The notes beneath the pieces were generated by a model. It searched no databases. It was not told the origin of the DNA and saw only the letters and a program-made list of their open reading frames with translations. 64,000 bases of DNA, from positions 16,262 through 80,261 of the forward strand of contig CALWJT010000004.1 of NCBI GenBank assembly GCA_944381075.1. The letters run 5' to 3'. Of this stretch, positions 33,801 to 41,779 are shown piece after piece; position 1 is the stretch's first letter, and each line of letters begins with the position of its first letter. This DNA comes from an uncultured Clostridia bacterium. GTDB lineage: Bacteria; Bacillota; Clostridia; Oscillospirales; CAG-272. Made by a program: the position numbers and the translations under genes.

Positions 33801-36756
33801 GAGTAAACCTTTGTTTACAGTTATCGGTCAGGGCTATTCTGCTCCGACGGCTCATGAGTCTTGGCTTGATGTGGAAGGCGAATACATCATCAGCATCGAG
33901 GAGATCGAAGGCTCCAGAGTTACGGCTGACGACGGCAGCTCCTATACCGCTGAGTATACGGCTCTTGTCGGCTTCGGTCCGTATTATGTGAGAACCGCAA
34001 CGGCGAATGGCTATACCTATGTTCTCAGATTCACGAAGGTTGTGGAATATACCAGCGTTGATGGTACTGCGACCGCAGTGATCGACAAAGCCAAGACCCT
34101 TATGATCCCGCTTTACAAAGGTGAGAGCGGCACGCAGTCTGAGCAGGTTCAGGCTGTAACAGATGAGGACTTCGAGAAGTACACGATTGCCAATGGTTAC
34201 TACATTGATGACATTACCCATCTCGTTTATCTGCTTGTAGAAGACGCGGAAATCGTCTTTGAAAAGGATGATCAGGGCAACATCATTTATTCCGATGTTG
34301 TTTATGACTGGGAGAGCGGTAAGGCTGCCAATACGTACACCGATGGCAAGGAAGTTCTCTTTGACACCTATGATATCGACAGATATACCACCTTCTCCGC
34401 TACCGCGAAGTCCAGCACCGATGAGGGCTATTTCCCGGGTGCGATGTATGTCAACCTCGATGGAAAGACCTATCAGGCTGTCAACACGATGCCTGTCATC
34501 ATCGTAACGCCTTCTGCGGACGGCTTTGAAATCACCACGACCACCCTTGCCAACATTCCTTCCGAGGGACTCTTTGCGACGACCTGGAACGGTGTTGAGA
34601 GCAATGGCTCGCTTGTCGCGATCGCTATCATCGGTGACGTGACCGGCTCTGATGAGGTTGTGGTTCCGGCGGATGATACGACGCTTGTTTACCTGGATTC
34701 TTCTGCGAAGGCGATCGTCAGAGCAGGCGAGTTCTCGGCTAACTGGATTGTCGTTTCTGACAAACCTGCTTATGCGCTTCCTTCCGGCGAGGAAATCGGT
34801 GTTATCTATCGTGAGTACTCCACCTATGAGGATGCGAAGAAAGCAGCTTCTATCGATCTGACTGTCGTTGGCGGTCACTGGTATAAAGTAGATGAAAACG
34901 GCAAGATCATCTCCGATATGACCAATGTGGTTTATGAGGAGTTTGACGGTGTTGTCATCGATACCAATGATTATACGATGACGGAAGGCAATATCTATTC
35001 TCAGTCCTTCTATCTTGTGGACGGCGAATACAGAATTGCAAATCTCCAGTACACGAACGGCGTTTTGACCGGTATTACGGCTGGCGATGCGTTCGTACCG
35101 ACTGTTGATGTCAGCAGCCTGTCTGCTACGAATTATCTGATTCCGGCAACCGGCGTTGAGATCTATCAGAGAGCGAACGGCGATACCTTCTACAAGAATG
35201 CAAGCGGACAGTATGTTCTTGTTACGATTGGTGAAAACAATACGTTGACAGACGGTGCTGCTATTGATGTTTACAATCTTGTTTACGGCATCAATAACGC
35301 ATCGAATGTAGACGATTACAGAGACACCTATCTTGTTGAAGATGAGGCTACACAGCAGGTGATCTACACCTATGCTGGCGCAACTGGTTTGATTTACTTC
35401 ATTGAGGATGCTGCGAATGCGGGTACTTACTATCAGGTCAACCTGACAGAAACAGCGGAAGCTGGTACAGTGCTTGTCGAGGTAACGGATACAGAAGTGG
35501 ATCCGGCAGATTACGAATCTTTCAAGATTTCGTATGATACCTATAATGTCATCACAGTGAAGGAAGTCATTGTTTATACCTATGGCGGCATCTCCTTCAT
35601 CGATGCAACTCCGGATGTATACAACGATTCGAACTATGTTCAGGTCACTGTAACCCCGATCGAGGGTGCGGCTGAGGGTGCTCCGAACGCTGTTATCACA
35701 GAAGGCGCTGCGGTCACGATGGATGCCATCGTTGCAGGACTTGAGCCTGTTCAGACGATTGATGAGCCTGCTACCAAGACGGTAACGGTATATGAATACT
35801 ATGGTGAACTGTATGTGCTCGCTTCTGGTACGGCTGGCGAAGAGGGTGCAACCTATACGCAGGTAGAGGAAGTGACCTTCACTTACGGTGATAAGTCCTA
35901 TACGTACCTGAAAGAGGTTGGTCCTTGGACCGAATCTACACCGGATGATACGACAAAGAACCATACGGTAACGGTGATTGGTTCTACGGAATCGATTACG
36001 GTCTACACAGAGCAGGTCCGCAAGGATGCGAACGGCGCTTACGCCTTCACAACGACCGATGGTACTGCGATCAGCGGTGCTCCGGCAATCGTTTATAACA
36101 TTGCAGACTTCTCGCTCGTAAGCGGCAATGCTGTCAACGGCGCTTACACGAACGGAACGGCTTATGTCATCGTTGTCGACGGCGAGTACTATCCGGCGGA
36201 TAGCAACTACCGCAGGATCGAGACCTCGTCTGTATTGTCCGGCTTGAAGCAGGGAACGATCACGAAGGCAGATGCAGCCGGCAACACTTGGGCGACGATC
36301 GACGGCATTGAGAATGTCAATGTTACCAATTACAAGTTTGAGTTCTTCTACAGAAATGCTGACGGCACCGTCCTTTACAAGGCTGGCGATTCTACGAATG
36401 TAACAGTTGCAAGCAGAGCAATCTATGAGGCTCAGATCAAGACTCAGCAGGATGCTTATGACAAGGCTGTTGCAGCGTATGAGGAAGCTCTTTCTAAGGA
36501 CTATCTCAGCGAAGAGAGACTCGCGTACTATAAAGAAGAAGTTGAGAGAACAGAGGCTGAATTGCTTGAAGCAAAGGATTCTCTGCTTGACAAGTACTTC
36601 AACGGCAGATTCTGGAACGTTCCGAACTCTCCGTACTATACTTATGTACAGCTCGGTCAGGGTTCCTTCCAGCAGCCGACCTCCAGCCTGACATTCACGT
36701 ATGTTCTGGTTGGCGATACGTACTGCGTATTCTCCGATGAGTTTGTCCTCGGTTAA
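30805..36756 (+). CDS. Giant SLH-domain cell-surface protein (candidate S-layer protein)
   Basis: 1983 aa. Signal peptide, three N-terminal SLH-like repeats (e.g. FSDVTEEHHRAAIAYSERRGFIIGNGDGTFSPDKYVTLAEA), a long T/V/Y/D/G-rich region with almost no Cys, and a C-terminal coiled coil. Perfect RBS TAGGAGGAA. Confidence 0.85.
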   Translation: MKNFKRILALVIAVIMVVGTTAGLSAAGGKWYSKAVAFIENNSIAIIGSHADDKLTRNEFVLWVAKLESHQLSDAAWNDEIAGTSFSDVTEEHHRAAIAYSERRGFIIGNGDGTFSPDKYVTLAEACAVIVRLMGYENKVDDTSDENWKYNYMEVANTYAHAIDEVFLKETDTYNPDYELSYGEAAYLLATIMNFNKTPTDSDYSETSDGINLGEWFELNGGSMGTVGKAYLVSDIHRVSWGESLSTLVHLGGKKGEIFTNELNTAASVTLLAADGSGERLVIDGEAFLKLLRVSLGLDPIRDIANEEAEINVFAYADIGSLINVVVDKSASGQNATSIPAAGGEGSRVTVTSVNPSENSVIVDTYLQATSAQLGTPYGDGSVGATSETNLIISANDLSKFVGWTIREIGTTENTVPVLPATYDESLATSWTNIVRDKDDVITSAVLNFKGVSYKIDGTNNEIDIYMGDDLTTVLTPDEAVNKIINAAQGECYVVFNDIDGDGKYDNAVVKESDPFYYIGTPNVQGATTNAYDYYSSISGGTIIGNAQMKGNNLGVVIWNKKVEFAAGGTSGVADYRTDGYKLVDSNTGKMQLVLRPSNKHFFIDGATAAYGNATPHFYQVVDLATFGVGVIEEIDAFALDDYFIAKIAQTDGTTKTVYIPVTPNEKTTFTVSVGGASAEYVFDSSTWCQFLTEDVREAIVDSGIVSGVQDPGYKQATAAWMVGKYVQFATNEDNEVVVILGTDSTTSTSGFVTGVQKTETGDNTYNVSIATSGSGTVENEAYYLEAALQTSGANAGKYVVTTPWAAIGQEWGEITQWTYDTVQWGKLNVFRGWTNYYAHYGINGARSLLYSDNNGTPNMGDGIHAALNGNDGYNKWTVGTDGIVRDQDGKQVAFQRKTEARFGVGGVSTYEVRASASSMFDWDNYEVYNAIFAGKLGDPNGMKDGKVNPGEDLIYVTVMQDAGSLKYLKYGDNTNGSSSLLRNDPSSGIREAYYTSGTSKPLFTVIGQGYSAPTAHESWLDVEGEYIISIEEIEGSRVTADDGSSYTAEYTALVGFGPYYVRTATANGYTYVLRFTKVVEYTSVDGTATAVIDKAKTLMIPLYKGESGTQSEQVQAVTDEDFEKYTIANGYYIDDITHLVYLLVEDAEIVFEKDDQGNIIYSDVVYDWESGKAANTYTDGKEVLFDTYDIDRYTTFSATAKSSTDEGYFPGAMYVNLDGKTYQAVNTMPVIIVTPSADGFEITTTTLANIPSEGLFATTWNGVESNGSLVAIAIIGDVTGSDEVVVPADDTTLVYLDSSAKAIVRAGEFSANWIVVSDKPAYALPSGEEIGVIYREYSTYEDAKKAASIDLTVVGGHWYKVDENGKIISDMTNVVYEEFDGVVIDTNDYTMTEGNIYSQSFYLVDGEYRIANLQYTNGVLTGITAGDAFVPTVDVSSLSATNYLIPATGVEIYQRANGDTFYKNASGQYVLVTIGENNTLTDGAAIDVYNLVYGINNASNVDDYRDTYLVEDEATQQVIYTYAGATGLIYFIEDAANAGTYYQVNLTETAEAGTVLVEVTDTEVDPADYESFKISYDTYNVITVKEVIVYTYGGISFIDATPDVYNDSNYVQVTVTPIEGAAEGAPNAVITEGAAVTMDAIVAGLEPVQTIDEPATKTVTVYEYYGELYVLASGTAGEEGATYTQVEEVTFTYGDKSYTYLKEVGPWTESTPDDTTKNHTVTVIGSTESITVYTEQVRKDANGAYAFTTTDGTAISGAPAIVYNIADFSLVSGNAVNGAYTNGTAYVIVVDGEYYPADSNYRRIETSSVLSGLKQGTITKADAAGNTWATIDGIENVNVTNYKFEFFYRNADGTVLYKAGDSTNVTVASRAIYEAQIKTQQDAYDKAVAAYEEALSKDYLSEERLAYYKEEVERTEAELLEAKDSLLDKYFNGRFWNVPNSPYYTYVQLGQGSFQQPTSSLTFTYVLVGDTYCVFSDEFVLG

Positions 36757-36783
36757 TTTGTAGTATTTTCCTAATTACGATAA

Positions 36784-36820
36784 AGAGATGGCTCCCTTTT
36801 GGGAGTCATCTCTTTTTTTC
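36784..36820. terminator. Bidirectional terminator shared by the SLH gene and the convergent small gene
   Basis: 13-bp stem AGAGATGGCTCCC / GGGAGTCATCTCT (one G-U pair) followed by TTTTTT. The stem overlaps the minus-strand stop codon at 36806-36808. Confidence 0.75.
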
Positions 36821-37255
36821 GTCTGTTTTTCTTTTTTTCGCGATGAGGGCAACGATCATGATAAGAATCAAAAGTCCGGCGATGACGGCCAGAATCCAGC
36901 TCCAAGCCGTAGAGTCGCTCTCGCTTTCACTGCCGCCGGTTCCTGCTGTCGTTGCTGCGCTTGAACCGTCGCCGTTATTGGTAGCGGAAATCTCTCCGGA
37001 GCTTCCGCTGCCGCCCGTTCCGCTGCTGACGCTGCCCGTTCCGTTTCCGGCGCCGCTATTGATATCGTTGCCGGTGTTTCCGCTTCCGTCAACGCTTCCG
37101 TTCCCGTTGGAGTCCCCATTCGGCGGTGCCGCGATGTCGTTGCTTCGGGTGTCTGCAAAAACAGCCATCCCGCTGGAAAACTGGGCAAACATCAAAAGTG
37201 CGATAAAAAAGACAGACAGAACAGAAAATAAAAAATCCCTTTTTGATTTTTTCAT
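36806..37255 (-). CDS. Secreted low-complexity G/S/N-rich protein with C-terminal TM anchor
   Basis: 149 aa. Signal peptide (cleavage near AVFA/DT), ~90 aa of G/S/N/T/D repeats, then WILAVIAGLLILIMIVALIA followed by KKRKTDEKKR. Confidence 0.5.
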   Translation of the reverse strand: MKKSKRDFLFSVLSVFFIALLMFAQFSSGMAVFADTRSNDIAAPPNGDSNGNGSVDGSGNTGNDINSGAGNGTGSVSSGTGGSGSSGEISATNNGDGSSAATTAGTGGSESESDSTAWSWILAVIAGLLILIMIVALIAKKRKTDEKKR

Positions 37256-37405
37256 ACCTGAAATTTTTGCACTGCAAAGGCAGTGTTCCTCTCCATTTCA
37301 ATGACAAAGACGAAGTCAAATGCACGCCGATTTTGCGGTGAGGACATTTGACTGGATGTCATTCTCAGTATTTCTGGTTTATATGAAAAATATACGGGAA
37401 AAAGA

Positions 37406-37438
37406 AAAAGACCTCGGCTGAGCAAGCCGAGGTCTTTT
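37406..37438. terminator. Bidirectional intrinsic terminator
   Basis: AAAAGACCTCGGCT-gagca-AGCCGAGGTCTTTT, 12 nt downstream of the stop of the 37450-38727 gene. Confidence 0.7.
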
Positions 37439-37449
37439 AAAGAGCAGTT

Positions 37450-38727
37450 TTATATTGTCAGGATGTTTTCGTCGATTCCAAGCATATCGAGGATCCGAAG
37501 CAGTGTGATCCGCCGTCTCATATAAGGACTGTACCGGAGCGCCTCCAACGCGAATTCCGGCGTAAGATTGGCATCTTGGAGCTCAGTTACGCATCCTGCG
37601 CGGTGCATGATATCAAGAAGCGCTGTCTCGTCCGGCAGGTCTTCTCTGATGGATGTCAAAATATCCGGCCATCTGTCCTTCAGTACGGCAGGATCAATGG
37701 CGTCTGTCGGATTCGGAACATTGTATCCGATGATCTCTTCTCTGTTTTTTGCGCTGTAGTGCGAGAGAACATCCTCAAGGTCTAAAGATTCTTTGTGTGG
37801 CTCGATGGAGGGATAATGAAGAAGCTTTTTATAGATTTTTGTCACAAGCAGCGTGGCGATCCCTACTTTTTTTCCGTGAAAATCCGGCCAAATGCCTTTC
37901 TCGAGCTTATGGATTTCCCAAAAATGCGATACGACATGTTCGGCGCCGGAGGCCGGTCTTGTACATTTGGCGAGCTGCATCGCGCATCCGGTCAAAATCA
38001 AAGAATCCATGATCGCCTTGGCTGCCTCCGGATCGTGAACGGTGACCTTATCCGCTATTGCGACCACGTCGGCAACGGCTTTTTTTACAAGAGCCACGAT
38101 TTTTTCACAGTAATATTCGCCGGTGGTGTAATTTGCTACCTTCCAATCGACAATGCCGACATATTTTCCGAGGATATCGCCAAAACCGGCGGCTTTCAGC
38201 TCGACAGGCGCTGCCGCGAGGATATCGGTGTCGGCAATGACGACGGACGGCTGGCGGCAGGGATAGGAAATTTTAAAGTCGTTGTCGATAAGAGGTGCCG
38301 AATCCGATGCGAATCCATCCATAGACGGTGCCGTCGCAAAGATGGCGAAGGCCTTCTTTGCATGCGCGGCAGCATACCGGCAGACATCGTTGACGGAGCC
38401 TGTTCCAATCGAAAGGATTCCGTCAAAGCCGGCTGCGGCATTCATGATTTCCTTCGCGGTCGACATATAGGCATAACGCATATCGGGATAGATCTTTGTT
38501 TGATAATGAAATCCGCATTGGTCAAGAGCATGGAGAATGCCGTTTGAAGCATGGATTGCATTTTCATCGGAAACTACATATATTTTTTTCGGAAACCCGC
38601 TTTTGCTCAAAATATCTCCCACTCTGTGTACAAGTCCGCGGTCTGCTTCATAAACTTTTAAATCGAAGCTATGTGCTCTGCCGCATGAGCAATTTTGAAA
38701 TGAGTCGATCACTGCACGAAGATCCAT
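37450..38727 (-). CDS. sn-glycerol-1-phosphate dehydrogenase-like (AraM/EgsA family, iron-ADH fold)
   Basis: 425 aa. Motifs GTGSVNDVCRY, ATAPSMDGFAS, AAGFGDILGKY and GAEHVVSHFWE match my recall of bacterial G1PDH/AraM-type enzymes. Confidence 0.7.
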   Translation of the reverse strand: MDLRAVIDSFQNCSCGRAHSFDLKVYEADRGLVHRVGDILSKSGFPKKIYVVSDENAIHASNGILHALDQCGFHYQTKIYPDMRYAYMSTAKEIMNAAAGFDGILSIGTGSVNDVCRYAAAHAKKAFAIFATAPSMDGFASDSAPLIDNDFKISYPCRQPSVVIADTDILAAAPVELKAAGFGDILGKYVGIVDWKVANYTTGEYYCEKIVALVKKAVADVVAIADKVTVHDPEAAKAIMDSLILTGCAMQLAKCTRPASGAEHVVSHFWEIHKLEKGIWPDFHGKKVGIATLLVTKIYKKLLHYPSIEPHKESLDLEDVLSHYSAKNREEIIGYNVPNPTDAIDPAVLKDRWPDILTSIREDLPDETALLDIMHRAGCVTELQDANLTPEFALEALRYSPYMRRRITLLRILDMLGIDENILTI

Positions 38728-38881
38728 ATGATTCCCTCCTATTTTTTCTATAACAAAAAAAGTATAATCGATTCGGACGAGAAAGTCAATGAAAAAAGTG
38801 ATTTTTTACAAAAAGGTCTTTTTTTCGTGGGAAGAACATGATACAATAAACTTGATATTTTTATGTGGAATGGAGAAACCG

Positions 38882-39589
38882 ATGGTGAAAAAGGCGATTT
38901 GGAAAATGATACTTATCGTATTTGTTCTTCCGCTTGGAGCGGCTCTGCTCTTTACGGCATTGCACTGCTTTTTCAACAATTATTACTTTGAATGGTACTG
39001 GGTCATGGAATGGATGTGCAATCTGCCGGAGGTCCTCGCGTATTATGTCGTGTATGCTTCCGTATTTGCTTCTTTTGGTGTAATGGCCTTTTTCATATTT
39101 TTTCAAAAAGCCGGTCAAGCCGTCCTGGTGTCCGCAATATTTGTGATTACAGCGGGGCTCTTCCCTCTGCTGCGCTATGTTGTGCGTCATTTTTTCTATT
39201 TGTCCGTTTATTCCGAAGCGGTTATGCAGGACATATTTATCACCGACTCGGAGACCTCTTTGATTTTGCTCGGTTATGTTGCGATTTTCCTGCTGATCGT
39301 ACTGCTGGAACGCGCATTTTATCAATGGATTTTGAAGGAAAAACCGATGCGGACAGGCCGGATGTTCTCTCCCAAAAATCCGGTCGGACTTGCGGCTCTG
39401 ATTTTCTTTGCCGCACTTGCCGTCGTTTCCACGCTCATGTTTGTGACCGGCGGAGAATATGAGACGGAAAATGTCCTCTCTCTTTTACTTGAATATGTTA
39501 TCGATCTTGGCGGATTCTCTGCTGCTGCATTCGGAGCGTCGATTGCGGCAAGGTATGTGGATTCCGTTTCAAAAAACAGCTTGACCTGA
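38882..39589 (+). CDS. Polytopic membrane protein, function unknown
   Basis: ORF opens at 38789, but the ATG at 38882 (MVKKAIWKMILIVFVL) has GGAG 6 nt upstream. Several hydrophobic helices. Confidence 0.5.
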   Translation: MVKKAIWKMILIVFVLPLGAALLFTALHCFFNNYYFEWYWVMEWMCNLPEVLAYYVVYASVFASFGVMAFFIFFQKAGQAVLVSAIFVITAGLFPLLRYVVRHFFYLSVYSEAVMQDIFITDSETSLILLGYVAIFLLIVLLERAFYQWILKEKPMRTGRMFSPKNPVGLAALIFFAALAVVSTLMFVTGGEYETENVLSLLLEYVIDLGGFSAAAFGASIAARYVDSVSKNSLT

Positions 39590-39594
39590 AGGGG

Positions 39595-39760
39595 ACGATG
39601 AAATCCCGCGCTTGTTATACGGAAGGACCGCAGCGACGGTGTTTTTGAAAGCCAAAAAGGGCTTGCGCAAAAGCCATACAAGCGGCAGATGCCGGTCGTG
39701 AGACGTCGGCGTTTTTCCTGGGAAAGAAAAGCACGGTATTTTTCGGAATATCTTTTGTCG
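39595..39760 (+). repeat. Copy C (truncated) of the dispersed non-coding element family
   Basis: Colinear words shared with copies A and B: GATGAAATCCCGCGCTT (39597-39613), CGGAAGGA (39620-39627), AGCCAAA, GGCTTGCGCAAAAGCC hairpin, TGCCGGTCGTGAG (39690-39702), AAAAGCAC. Starts 8 nt after the membrane-protein stop. A further fragment CCGTGCGGGGAATAC..GAGCC lies at 39842-39866. Confidence 0.45.
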
Positions 39761-39890
39761 ATTATGAGATTTTTCCTTATGTGAACTCTTAGCGTGCAAT
39801 AGATGGCAGGCTTTCCTTTGCAGAATGGGTGCGGTCAGCGGTACCGTGCGGGGAATACTTGAGCCTTGTGCAGGCGCAATAAAAAAAACA

Positions 39891-39927
39891 GAATGGGCAG
39901 AGCCTCCGTACTCTGCCCATTCCTTTT
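39891..39927. terminator. Bidirectional terminator (T8 run on the minus strand, downstream of the TetR gene)
   Basis: GAATGGGCAGAG / CTCTGCCCATTC 12-bp stem flanked by AAAAAAAA (5') and CTTTT (3'). Confidence 0.65.
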
Positions 39928-39983
39928 ATGTTCAGCGTATTCAAACGGCATATGCGCGACTGCCTCTGTAGGAAACGTGCCTA

Positions 39984-40517
39984 TTAGAGCCCCTGATTCT
40001 GAAACATTTCTGCAATTTCCTCCGCAGTTTCCTGCATTCCTCTTTGGAACCAGACTTCAATCCAGCCGTATAGCGCATAGGACACATAAGCTCTTGCGTA
40101 GGCTTCTTCTTTGGAATGCTCCGGCTTTGGGCCGCAAAGTCCAATCACGGTGTCTTTTAACAGGTAAATAAGATTTCTCTGATTTAACAGTTTGTAAAAA
40201 TCCCGGTTCCTTTCAAAATGAGCGAACAAAGAACGGAGCAGGCCGCTAAGAGGCATGCTCTCCTCTTTTGCCCATCCGTTTGTCCAATCCTGAAAAAGCG
40301 AGTGGATATACGCTCTCAGAATATCTTCTTTACTGTTGAAATTTCGATAAAAGGATACCCGTCCGATACCGGCAAGCTCACACAGTTCGCTGATGGAAAT
40401 ATCATCGATAGGCTTTTCCCGCAGCAGCCTTAGCAGTGCGTCCGTCATGTGCTCTATGACATAGGTGTTTCGTCCTTCATTGCTCATCGGTGATACATTC
40501 TTTTCGGTTTGTTTCAT
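39984..40517 (-). CDS. TetR/AcrR-family transcriptional regulator
   Basis: ATG at 40517 after AGGGGGCG. HTH ISISELCELAGIGRVSFYRNFNSKEDIL. Confidence 0.85.
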   Translation of the reverse strand: MKQTEKNVSPMSNEGRNTYVIEHMTDALLRLLREKPIDDISISELCELAGIGRVSFYRNFNSKEDILRAYIHSLFQDWTNGWAKEESMPLSGLLRSLFAHFERNRDFYKLLNQRNLIYLLKDTVIGLCGPKPEHSKEEAYARAYVSYALYGWIEVWFQRGMQETAEEIAEMFQNQGL

Positions 40518-40531
40518 TTTTTCGCCCCCTA

Positions 40532-40618
40532 TTGACATGAAACAAATTATATGATACGATTGTTTCGCCAAAACAAATGTATCATCAATATGATAGCATG
40601 GTTTGGAGAAATTGTCAA
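40532..40618. promoter_or_regulatory. Overlapping face-to-face promoters with palindromic operator candidates
   Basis: Plus strand: TTGACA (40532-37), 17 nt, TACGAT (40555-60). Minus strand: TTGACA (40618-13), 17 nt, TATCAT (40595-90). Palindromes are GAAACAA/TTGTTTC (40539-45 / 40560-66) and ATACGATTGTTT/AAACAAATGTAT (40554-65 / 40571-82). Confidence 0.5.
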
Positions 40619-40646
40619 TAGAAAAGCGATAGAAAGGAGTCCTTAA

Positions 40647-40781
40647 ATGACACTGACACAAAAGAGATGGATAATTTTACTTATTGTTGCTGCCGTGGCG
40701 TTTCTTCTCGGCAGACTTGCGGTCCGGGCGTTTATGAATCTGCTGATGGGCGGCACGCTGTTTGGAGGGAATTTTCTATGA
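40647..40781 (+). CDS. 44-aa single-pass membrane micro-protein (below the ORF-track cutoff)
   Basis: ATG at 40647 lies 7 nt after AAAGGAG. Encodes MTLTQKRWIILLIVAAVAFLLGRLAVRAFMNLLMGGTLFGGNFL. Its TGA overlaps the hydrolase ATG (ATGA at 40778-40781). Confidence 0.4.
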   Translation: MTLTQKRWIILLIVAAVAFLLGRLAVRAFMNLLMGGTLFGGNFL

Positions 40782-41764
40782 GAACAAGAATGAGAGAAAA
40801 GAAGGTGAAAGCCGTGCCTGTGGGAATTGGGATTTTGGTTTTTGTTTTGGCCTTTATCGGCGGCGTCATATCAAAGTTTGTCATCAAACCGTCATGGGCA
40901 AAAGAATACAGCGTCCAATGGAGCGATGAATTAGGGACATTGAAAACGGATCTCCCTTATGGTGATGGGGAAGCAAATAAGTTTGACTTATACCTGCCGA
41001 AGGACAACACGAAAGAAAGTTACGGTCTTGTGGTCTATCTCCACGCAGGCGGCTTTACCTCTGGCGATAAGAGCGGCGACAGGGAAATGCTTGCGTGGCT
41101 GTGCAGCAAGGGCTATGTCGCCTGCGGCATTAACTACACGCTCCGCACCGATACCAACAATGCCAGCGTCCTTACGCAGTCAAATGAGATCAAGGCGGCG
41201 ATTCCGCAGGTGATTGAGGCCGCAGAGAAAAAGGGGTATTCCATCGACAAGCTGGCGATAGGGGGCGGTTCCGCCGGACATACCCTTGCCATGCTGTATG
41301 CCTATCGGGATGCGGCGGAAGCCCCTGTGCCGGTTGTCCTCACTTTTGGGGCGGTTGGCCCCTCCTGCTTTCATACAGAGGATTGGGACAATTACGGCTT
41401 TGACCAAAATACGGAGGAAAGTTATCAGGGGGCGGCTGGACTGTTCGGCGTTATGGCGGGCGAAGAAATTACGGTAGATGAGATCAAAAGCGGCGCTTAC
41501 CTTGAAAAGATGAAGCCAATTTCCGCAGTGAATTGGATCACGCCGGATTCTGTGCCGACTGTAGTCGCTTATGGCGCCCATGACCGTGTCCAGCCCTTTC
41601 GGGCATCCCTTCGGCTCAAGTCTGTTCTGGAAGAAAACGGCGTAGACCATCGGTATTTTGAATTGGCCCACTCCGGCCACGGCTTGCAGAACGACAATGC
41701 CGTTTACAGGAAGTGGATGGAAGCGGTGGAAGCATATCTTGACAAATACATGCCGGTGAATTGA
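40778..41764 (+). CDS. Membrane-anchored alpha/beta hydrolase (esterase/lipase, HSL-like)
   Basis: Start at MRTRMREKK; the upstream part of ORF 40667 is nonsense. TM helix, oxyanion motif LHAGGF and nucleophile elbow GGSAGH. Confidence 0.8.
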   Translation: MRTRMREKKVKAVPVGIGILVFVLAFIGGVISKFVIKPSWAKEYSVQWSDELGTLKTDLPYGDGEANKFDLYLPKDNTKESYGLVVYLHAGGFTSGDKSGDREMLAWLCSKGYVACGINYTLRTDTNNASVLTQSNEIKAAIPQVIEAAEKKGYSIDKLAIGGGSAGHTLAMLYAYRDAAEAPVPVVLTFGAVGPSCFHTEDWDNYGFDQNTEESYQGAAGLFGVMAGEEITVDEIKSGAYLEKMKPISAVNWITPDSVPTVVAYGAHDRVQPFRASLRLKSVLEENGVDHRYFELAHSGHGLQNDNAVYRKWMEAVEAYLDKYMPVN

Positions 41765-41779
41765 GGAGGAATTGAAAGG

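Noticed and set aside
33346-35964. 872-aa ORF antisense to the SLH gene
   Set aside because: It lies entirely inside, and opposite to, a CDS with clear signal peptide, SLH repeats and RBS. Its translation is Ile/Arg/Asn-rich with no motifs. Long antisense frames are expected from the biased codon usage of the sense strand.
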